DNA from: Alphaproteobacteria bacterium
GTDB taxonomy: Bacteria > Pseudomonadota > Alphaproteobacteria > GCA-2746255
Length of the DNA: 64,000 nt
Reading direction: 5' to 3'
NCBI GenBank assembly: GCA_965249135.1
Contig: OZ252220.1
Coordinates: 256,001 to 320,000, forward strand
The position numbers and the translations under genes are program-made. Shown piece after piece: positions 57,561 to 64,000 of the stretch. Under the pieces are notes generated by a model, which saw only the letters and a list, made by a program, of their open reading frames with translations, was not told where the DNA came from and ran no database searches. Each line of letters opens with the position of its first letter. Position 1 is the first letter of the stretch.

Positions 57561-57635
57561 GACCCCATCGTCTAGAGGTTAGGACTCCACTCTTTCAAGG
57601 TGGTAACACGGGTTCGAATCCCGTTGGGGTCACCA
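57561..57635 (+). tRNA. tRNA-Glu(TTC)
   Basis: GACCCCA/TGGGGTC acceptor, CCACT-CTTTCAA-GGTGG anticodon arm, GTTCGAATC, CCA. Confidence 0.96.
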
Positions 57636-57852
57636 ATGAAATCAAATGGTTATTGCTGAGTTCCTTGAGCGAGGGGCTGCTTTGGGTATTTTTGGCTAAT
57701 AAGCAAAACCGTATCCAGGGCTAATCGCCAAGCATGAAGGTCTTGGGGCCCCATATTGGCCGATCCGAAAGGGCCGCCGCCGAAAAACGGGACTCCGATG
57801 CGCGGACAACGGAGGCCCGCCCTGGGGTAAGGCTTATCTGGGCCCGCGCGCA

Positions 57853-58311
57853 TTATGGATTTTTCTTCCTCCACTCCCAAGGTGGAACGAACTCACCCCT
57901 CCACATGCCGCGCTTAGCCTCTTGCGCCTCACTCTCAGCATCTACGTAATCCATTGAATATTTTCGGTAGGCAAGCGCCCAGCCGGTGTAGACCATGTTT
58001 TTACCAATATCGAAGCCATTCGCGAAACAAACCGCGGCCGTTCGCCCATAACGATCCGTATTTTTCTTGACATACAACCTTAGCCCTAGCCACTAGATCC
58101 ATGTGGTCTTTACTATTTCACCACATGGGATGGTCTTCTTAGGCCACTCACACGTCTGGTCTAGCTCTGGCGCATCAATGCCAAAGAAACGAATTCTTTC
58201 ACTTTTTATTGCTAGGGTATCCCCGTCGATGACGCGGGCGGAGCCCATGATGTCGCCCGCCGTAACCGGTGTGGCAATGAGCAAGACGATGGCTAGAACA
58301 AAGCGCACCAT
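57853..58311 (-). pseudogene. Secreted thermonuclease (SNase) family protein, disrupted
   Basis: Signal peptide, VIDGDT, IRFFGIDAPE, DRYGR, EAKRGMW; TAG at 58093-58095. Confidence 0.85.
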
Positions 58312-58406
58312 CGGGTGATAGTAGTAAAGAAAAGCCTCACTCAAGTGGGGCTTAATAGGGCCGTGTTTCCGTTGTAGCCTTGGGAAGTTTTGCCAGAGAG
58401 AAGAAC

Positions 58407-59234
58407 ATGAAACGGTTGGTTCTAACCGCATTCCTCTTCGTGCTGGTCAGTGCAACCCCGTCGTTCGCGGATCTTTTAGTGAATCCAGCGGATCTTTTAA
58501 TGGATCCACTAGAGGATGGGGTGCAAGCATATTTGAAAAAAGATTATGTAAAAGCGCTTTATCTATTGAAACCACTTGCAGAACAGAAAAACGCAGAAGC
58601 GCAGTTCTACCTCGGGACCATGTACAAGAATGGCTGGGGAGTTTCGCAGAACTATGCTTGGGCTGTGAAGTGGTACCAAAAAGCGGCGGAACAGGGACAA
58701 GTGAATGCGCAGTACAACCTAGGGTTCATGTACAATAATGGCGTGGGCATGCCGGAGAACTATGCAGAGGCGATGAAGTGGTACCGAAAAGCGGCGGAGC
58801 AGAAACACGCAAAGGCGCAGTACAGCCTCGGGACCATGTACGACCAAGGCTATGGCGTTCCGCAGGACTATACCAAGGCCAAGAAGTGGTATCGAAAAGC
58901 GGCGGAGCGGAAACACGCAAAGGCGCAGAACAACCTCGGGCTCATATACGACCAAGGCTATGGAGTTCCGCAGGACTATGCCAAGGCCAAGAAGTGGTAC
59001 CGAAAAGCGGCGGAACAGGGAGAAGCAATTTCGCAATTCAACCTCGGGTTCATGTGCCACCAAGGCCATGGAGTTCCGCAGGACTATATCCAAGCGCATA
59101 TGTGGTACAATCTCTCCGCAGCGCAGAGCATAACAAATGCCGCAAAGAATCGAGACCCCATTGCAAAAGACATGACGCCCGCGCAGATTGCGGAAGCGCA
59201 GAAGCTAGCGCAGGAGTGGAAGCCGAAGTGGTAA
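58407..59234 (+). CDS. Secreted Sel1-repeat protein (about five repeats)
   Basis: Signal peptide; AQY.LG.MY..G.GV.QDY..A.KWYRKAAEQ repeats; MTPAQIAEAQKLA C-terminus. Confidence 0.92.
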   Translation: MKRLVLTAFLFVLVSATPSFADLLVNPADLLMDPLEDGVQAYLKKDYVKALYLLKPLAEQKNAEAQFYLGTMYKNGWGVSQNYAWAVKWYQKAAEQGQVNAQYNLGFMYNNGVGMPENYAEAMKWYRKAAEQKHAKAQYSLGTMYDQGYGVPQDYTKAKKWYRKAAERKHAKAQNNLGLIYDQGYGVPQDYAKAKKWYRKAAEQGEAISQFNLGFMCHQGHGVPQDYIQAHMWYNLSAAQSITNAAKNRDPIAKDMTPAQIAEAQKLAQEWKPKW

Positions 59235-59266
59235 AAGCCACATAGGCTGTGCAGCTATCCCGTGCC

Positions 59267-59323
59267 AGGACTTCACTCTTCTTCAAGATCCTAATACGGG
59301 TTCGAATCCTGTCGGGCTCACCA
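59267..59323 (+). repeat. Degenerate copy of the 3' ~55 nt of tRNA-Glu (old att site or pseudo-tRNA)
   Basis: AGGACTTCACTCTTCTTCAAGATCCTAATACGGGTTCGAATCCTGTCGGGCTCACCA aligns by eye to 57581-57635 with ~8 substitutions and a 2-nt insertion. Confidence 0.85.
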
Positions 59324-59347
59324 TTTAAACAGGCACGCGAACAACTT

Positions 59348-59620
59348 ATGCCTTCCTTCGATATCGTTTCCCGTACCGACTTGGCCGAAGTCGACAACGC
59401 CGTGCAGGGCGCATCGCGCGAGATCGCGACGCGCTACGACTTCAAGGGCAGCAAATGCTCGATCGGGCGGGCCGAGAACACGCTCACCATCAAGGCGGAC
59501 GACGATTTCAAGCTGAAGCAGGTGCAGGAACTGTTGCGCGTCTATCTGGCCCGGCGCAAGGTGGACGCCGGCGCGTTTCCGGCCCACCGCGTTAGGCTCG
59601 AACCGATAGGGCGAGTGTAA
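59348..59620 (+). pseudogene. yajQ: Truncated YajQ (N-terminal half)
   Basis: MPSFDIVS..D..EVDNAV...EI.TRYDFKG; similarity ends after ~77 aa versus ~160 aa normal. Confidence 0.85.
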
Positions 59621-59679
59621 TAAGCCAAGTGTTCTCAGCTTTATCCCGTTGGGGTCACCACGCTTTTCAAGTCGGCGTC

Positions 59680-59698
59680 TTGACTTGCGGCAAGTCAA
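59680..59698. promoter_or_regulatory. Perfect 9-1-9 palindrome TTGACTTGC-G-GCAAGTCAA, possible operator
   Basis: Seen directly just upstream of the gph-like start. Confidence 0.4.
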
Positions 59699-59702
59699 TC
59701 CT

Positions 59703-60391
59703 ATGGTTTCGTCCGTGAGTTTCCGACGTACGACCATCCTCTTCGATGTAGACGGCACCCTGATCGACAGCGCCGCTGACTTGCAGGCTGCCTTCAACAA
59801 ATTGCTGACGGCGGCGGGGCATGACCCGATTGCGCGTGAGGAGATGTTGCCCCTTTTGAAGGGGCATGCGCCGGATCTCGTTTCGGGAGCCTTCAGGTTG
59901 CGCGGGGAGGCGCTTTCCAAGGACGCGCTCGAAGAAAAGGTTAAACTATTCCGTCAGTACTTTGAATACCCCGAGCCGCAATTGACGGCACCCTATCCAG
60001 GCGTGATGGAAACGTTGGCGGCCCTGCGGGAAGCGGGCCTGCGCCTTGCTGTCTGTTCGAACAAGCCGAAAGCCTCTGCCGTCCGCACGCTCGCCATGAC
60101 CGGGCTGGATGAGACTATTTTGAATTCGTAGCCGGCGGCGATAGCTTCGGCGGTACGAAGAAGCCCGAGGCCGAACATGTGTTGAAAACGCTGGAGGCGG
60201 TGGGGGCATCGCCGGAAGAAGGCACCTTTGTTGGTGATACGGACGTCGACGTTGAAGCGGCGCGCAACGCGGGCATCCCGCACGCGTTCTGCAGTTACGG
60301 GTATTCCACGCTGCGCCCTGACGAACTCGGCGTCGAGATTGTAATCAATGAATTCAGCGAATTACTCGACGTGCTTCGCACGCTGGACTAA
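59703..60391 (+). pseudogene. gph: Phosphoglycolate phosphatase-like HAD hydrolase, frameshifted at 60111-60114
   Basis: FDVDGTLIDS, CSNKP; removing one GA gives GLDDYFEFVAGGD...KKPEA...VGDT..D. Confidence 0.8.
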
Positions 60392-60830
60392 ATCCTTTAA
60401 CGAAGATCGGCCAACGTCGTCCACTCCTTATCCTCTCCCTTATCTAAAAATTAGGCCGTGTGCATACGCGCGCAATTTGACGTTGCGCATGTGTGCGCAA
60501 CGCTGCCGCCATACCTTGGCATGCAACTTCGTGAAGATGTCTCCCCATAACAACGGACTAGACCCATGGCCTTAGTGAAAAAGTCTTAACCCCGGCGCAT
60601 GTTTTACCGGGCGTGAAAGACGGCGAACGGTGATCATTTTATCGTTTTTTAAGAGTAACCATGGAAATGTGAATGCGTTCAAAGGAAACGAAAAACCTAT
60701 GACGGAAATCATTCATCACGCTGAATGCGTGATGGGGCACATCTCAGGGGGGGGGCCTCCGGAATGCAGGTGCGTTGCGCTCGCCGCCCTGCCTTCGACG
60801 CTATCTCCAACCGATGGAGCAATCACACTT

Positions 60831-62054
60831 ATGGCAAAGGCACAAAATACCCTCACGGCATTGGCAAAGAATCTCCGCAAGCATCGGGAGGAAATTCTCA
60901 ATGATTGGACGAAAGCCGAACTCGAACTTGTCGGTCTGAAGAATGCCGACATCGATACCGCGACCCTCCGGCACCAGTCCGCCGGTGTTCTCGAAGGCTT
61001 CTTAAGTCTGGTCGAAAGCGGCGAGATCGACGACCTCGATGGCCCGTTCTTCCGGTTGGTCCCGGAAGAGATAGCCGAGATCGCCAGGTGGCAGGTGAAG
61101 GCCCAGGTGCCGCTGCGTACGATGGGCCAATCGCTCTATTCGCTTAAGGGCGTACTGAAAAGACATCAGAAGAGCAATGGCAAGTACAACGTCGACGTCC
61201 TCTTTCCCGTGATCGACAATCTGGTTTCCGCCGCCTTTGAGTATTACCTCGACGCGCGCGAATCCTTTATTAGTGCCGTCGTGGAAACCGCGGCGGACGG
61301 CATCGTTACGATCAATTCAAAGGGCATCGTGCAAAGCTTCAACAGGGCGGCAGAGGGGATGTTCGGTTACGGCAGCGCCGAGGTGATCGGCCAAAACGTC
61401 TCGATGCTGATGCCGAAGCCCTATTGCGACGAGCACGACGATTACGTCGCGAACTATCTGCACACGGGAGAGGCGAAGATACTTGGCTCCAAACGAGCGG
61501 TCCACGGCCGGCGCAAGGACGGCAGCGTCTTTCCGATGGAGCTTGGCGTTCGAGAAGTCAGGAGCGTTGGTGAACACACCTTTTCGGGGGTCGTCCGTGA
61601 CTTGACGGAACTCAAAGAGGCCCAAGAGGCACTCGTCCGTCAGACGAAAGACATCATGGAGTTCTCGACCCCGGTGATCACGGTATGGAAAGACGTTCTG
61701 GCGCTGCCCCTCATCGGGACCCTCGACACGGTGCGAACCGAGAAAATCACCGAAAAGACGTTGACGCGTATGGGTCGGGAAAAGGCTCGCGTGCTGATCA
61801 TCGACATCACCGGCGTGCCCGTCGTCGACACGATGGTCGCGAATCATCTAATCCGCATGGCTTCGTCGATCCGGCTGATGGGTGGACATTGCATCCTCAC
61901 CGGGATCAGCCCCTCGACCGCCATTACGATCGTCGGTCTGGGCGTCGATCTTACGAAGTTGAGCACCCGCTCCAATCTCGCGAAGGGGCTGGAGCTCGCC
62001 ATGGAAATCGTCGGGGTAAGCGGTAAACCTCCGAAGAGCGAGGAGCGCGCATGA
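60831..62054 (+). CDS. rsbR: Stressosome sensor RsbR: helical N-domain + FixL-type PAS + STAS
   Basis: STPVI.VW..VLALPLIGTLDT, IIDITGVPVVDT (both RsbR phospho-Thr motifs); PAS FNRAAE.MFGY...LMP..Y..EHD.Y...Y..TG; ATG after GGAG (in-frame ATG 60699 possible). Confidence 0.88.
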   Translation: MAKAQNTLTALAKNLRKHREEILNDWTKAELELVGLKNADIDTATLRHQSAGVLEGFLSLVESGEIDDLDGPFFRLVPEEIAEIARWQVKAQVPLRTMGQSLYSLKGVLKRHQKSNGKYNVDVLFPVIDNLVSAAFEYYLDARESFISAVVETAADGIVTINSKGIVQSFNRAAEGMFGYGSAEVIGQNVSMLMPKPYCDEHDDYVANYLHTGEAKILGSKRAVHGRRKDGSVFPMELGVREVRSVGEHTFSGVVRDLTELKEAQEALVRQTKDIMEFSTPVITVWKDVLALPLIGTLDTVRTEKITEKTLTRMGREKARVLIIDITGVPVVDTMVANHLIRMASSIRLMGGHCILTGISPSTAITIVGLGVDLTKLSTRSNLAKGLELAMEIVGVSGKPPKSEERA

Positions 62055-62485
62055 GCCAGATTCCCATCCTCCAGGTCGGCCCGGTGCTGCTGGTCTCGAT
62101 CCAGGTCGAACTGAACGATCGCGTGGCGAGTGAGCTTCAGAAATCCATTCTCATGCGAATCAAGGAGACCGATGCCGTCGGAACCCTGATCGATATCACC
62201 GCCTTGGATCTTGTCGATTCCTTTATTGGCCGCGTGCTCAACGAAACGGCGCGTATGGCAAGCATCATGAATATCAAAGTCGTGCTCGTCGGCATGCGTC
62301 CGACCGTGGCGATGACTTTTCTGGAGATGGGTCTTGAGCTCGACGGCATCGAAACCGAAAGCGATGTCGAGACGGGTCTTCGGGCGCTGGGTTACCAATT
62401 GACGGAAATCCACACCAGGAATAGTGAAGCGCCCCCCCCCGATAGCCGTTCTCTGCCAAGTGTGCCCGATCATGGATACGTATGA
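62051..62485 (+). CDS. rsbS: Stressosome scaffold RsbS (STAS)
   Basis: IPIL...LLVSIQ.EL.D, IDIT..DLVDSF (phospho-Ser motif), VGMRP.VAMT..EMGL. Confidence 0.92.
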   Translation: MSQIPILQVGPVLLVSIQVELNDRVASELQKSILMRIKETDAVGTLIDITALDLVDSFIGRVLNETARMASIMNIKVVLVGMRPTVAMTFLEMGLELDGIETESDVETGLRALGYQLTEIHTRNSEAPPPDSRSLPSVPDHGYV

Positions 62486-62858
62486 AATTCATTCAGAAGA
62501 CGACATCGTCCTGACCCGGCAGGCGGCCAGAAAATATGCCGATGAACTTCATTTCTCGGTTCCCGACAAGACGCGGGTTGCGACCTCGGTAAGCGAACTG
62601 GCGCGCAATACATTGGTGCATGGCGGCGGCTATATGGAGATGCAACGGGCGGAGAATGGAAGCACCATAGGGATACGCCGCATCTTTGTTGACGAGGGGC
62701 CCGAAATTCCGGACATCGAACGCGCCGTCAAGGACGGCTTCACGACGGACAATAGCCTTGGGCAGGGCCTGCCCGGCACGAAGCGTCTGATGGACGACTT
62801 CAAAATCACCTCCACGGTTGGTGAGGGGACGAGGGTTGAGATCGTCAAATGGAAGTGA
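62472..62858 (+). CDS. rsbT: Stressosome Ser/Thr kinase RsbT
   Basis: DIV..RQ, ATSVSELARN, DEGPEI (G1 variant), DGFTT..SLGQGLPG.KRLMDDF.I.S..G.GT.V...KW. Confidence 0.92.
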   Translation: MDTYEIHSEDDIVLTRQAARKYADELHFSVPDKTRVATSVSELARNTLVHGGGYMEMQRAENGSTIGIRRIFVDEGPEIPDIERAVKDGFTTDNSLGQGLPGTKRLMDDFKITSTVGEGTRVEIVKWK

Positions 62859-63892
62859 CGAAATTTTCCGTTCGGTGTGAATCCGATGTTGGTCACGTCC
62901 GGCGCGGTGCGCAACGGGTGGCCGAGGACCTCGGCTTTGATTCGAGGGCGGTGTCCGAGATCGGCACCGCCCTCACCGAGCTTGCCACGAATTTGATTCG
63001 TCATCAGGCGGTCAACGGCCGGATCGTTCTGCAACGAATCGACGGCGAAGACGGTTTGGGCATCGAATGCATCATTCAGGACTTCGGCCCCGGGATCGAG
63101 GACCCCAAAGCCGCCTTGCGGGATTGCGAGACGACCCTCGACCGATCGATGGGCTGCGGGTTGGGTGTGGTGCGGCGTCTGATGGACGAGTTCGATTTGT
63201 ATACCCGCGCGTCTTCGGACCTCGCCGGGCCGTCGCCCACGCTTTGGGGGCCGGCCGGCACGCTGATCACGACCCGTAAATACCTTCGGGCAGCGCCCGA
63301 GATCGGACGGTTCGCCTGCAGCGTTGCCACCCGGCCCCACCCACGCGAAACGTTCAATGGCGATGATTCCCTGATCCTCTTCCGAGACGACGATTTGCTG
63401 ATAGCCGTGGCCGACGGGCTGGGCCATGGCGAGGATGCGGCAGATGCAAGCCGGCAGGCGATCGCCTATATCCGGGAGCACGCAGACGATGATCTTTCCA
63501 GGATTTTCGAAGGGTTGCACGGACGCCTGCACAAAACCCGAGGGGTGGCCCTTAGTTTGATGCGGATCCACCCGAAAGAACGGACCCTGTTGCATGCCGG
63601 AGTCGGGAACGTCGAAACGCGGTTCTATCTAGACACGCCGTCCGGCTTGGCGGGCAAGCCTGGCATGGTGGGCGCCAACCCGCCGACGCCGCCGCGGATC
63701 CAAGAAGTCCCTTGGCCGGCCGGCGGCATGTTGATCAGCTTCACGGATGGCATCCGCCGCCGTTGGAGCCTCGAGAAAATGCCCGACCTGCTAAGGCGTC
63801 CCGTGACGATGGTGGGTCAGTTGCTGTTGCGCGCCTATGGGAAAGATCACGACGATGCCACCGTCGTAGTGGTGCGAGAAGGATTGCAATGA
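62849..63892 (+). CDS. RsbT-like HATPase fused to SpoIIE/PP2C phosphatase (RsbX-like)
   Basis: TELATNL, DFGPG, MGCGLG..RRLMDEF; then NGDD, VADGLGHG, FTDG, DDATVVV. Confidence 0.88.
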   Translation: MEVTKFSVRCESDVGHVRRGAQRVAEDLGFDSRAVSEIGTALTELATNLIRHQAVNGRIVLQRIDGEDGLGIECIIQDFGPGIEDPKAALRDCETTLDRSMGCGLGVVRRLMDEFDLYTRASSDLAGPSPTLWGPAGTLITTRKYLRAAPEIGRFACSVATRPHPRETFNGDDSLILFRDDDLLIAVADGLGHGEDAADASRQAIAYIREHADDDLSRIFEGLHGRLHKTRGVALSLMRIHPKERTLLHAGVGNVETRFYLDTPSGLAGKPGMVGANPPTPPRIQEVPWPAGGMLISFTDGIRRRWSLEKMPDLLRRPVTMVGQLLLRAYGKDHDDATVVVVREGLQ

Positions 63893-64000
63893 ACGCCCCC
63901 GAGACCATCATTGCGGCTCTGGAAACTGAGCTCAAGGAGACCTACCGGAGCGTCACCGAGCTTACCAACGAACTCGCACAGACCCAGGAAGAGCTTGAAT
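63889..64000 (+). CDS. Start of a coiled-coil protein, probably the stressosome output (kinase or other signalling enzyme); runs off the right edge
   Basis: ATGA overlap; MNAPETIIAALETELKETYRSVTELTNELAQTQEELE resembles the ELE.TNRGV..L..EL helix recalled from kinases downstream of rsbRST. Confidence 0.55.
   Translation, partial: MNAPETIIAALETELKETYRSVTELTNELAQTQEELE

Larger units (their letters stand above)
57618..59660. mobile_element. Degraded integrative islet in tRNA-Glu bounded by an exact 18-bp direct repeat; no integrase left
   Basis: ATCCCGTTGGGGTCACCA at 57618-57635 and 59643-59660; visibly AT-richer cargo. Confidence 0.8.

Noticed and set aside
59267-59323. A second functional tRNA
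   Set aside because: No 5' acceptor strand or D-arm, and the anticodon stem is disrupted
60517-60533. Sigma-54 promoter upstream of rsbR (TGGCATGCAACTTCG)
   Set aside because: The invariant -12 GC is replaced by CG
60590-60630. c-di-GMP riboswitch suggested by a GAAA hairpin
   Set aside because: Lacks the GCAAA and receptor elements of the GEMM consensus

Overview
GC-rich alphaproteobacterial chromosome segment (gene order and sequence resemble Rhodospirillales-like organisms). Most of it is core genome: slt/dapA/smpB, folK-rpoZ-rsh-pdxJ-acpS-lepB-rnc-era-recO, parC, hemB, icmF, ldtR, mucR, rpiB-glyA-nrdR-rib-nusB-thiL, thiC with a TPP riboswitch, hppA, bamE, rpmF-plsX-fabH-ihfA, tRNA-Pro, rplM-rpsI, argC, phaC, hom-glpX-recJ and tRNA-Glu. 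The accessory part lies at the right end. A ~2 kb islet in tRNA-Glu is bounded by an exact 18-bp repeat of the tRNA 3' end and holds a second, degenerate tRNA copy, a broken thermonuclease, a Sel1-repeat gene and a truncated yajQ. It is followed by a frameshifted gph-like gene and an RsbRST stressosome operon whose RsbR carries a FixL-type, probably heme-binding PAS domain; this is the best candidate for an undescribed system. Other signals missed by the ORF track: a TPP aptamer with an aberrant 14-nt L5 loop, a CoA-transferase gene reduced to its two ends, a probable CTG start for hemB, a homopolymer-frameshifted HExxH lipoprotein, a 31-aa ORF coupled to recO, and many 9-27 bp tandem duplications and gene lesions. 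All calls come from reading sequence and recalled motifs; no database searches were run.
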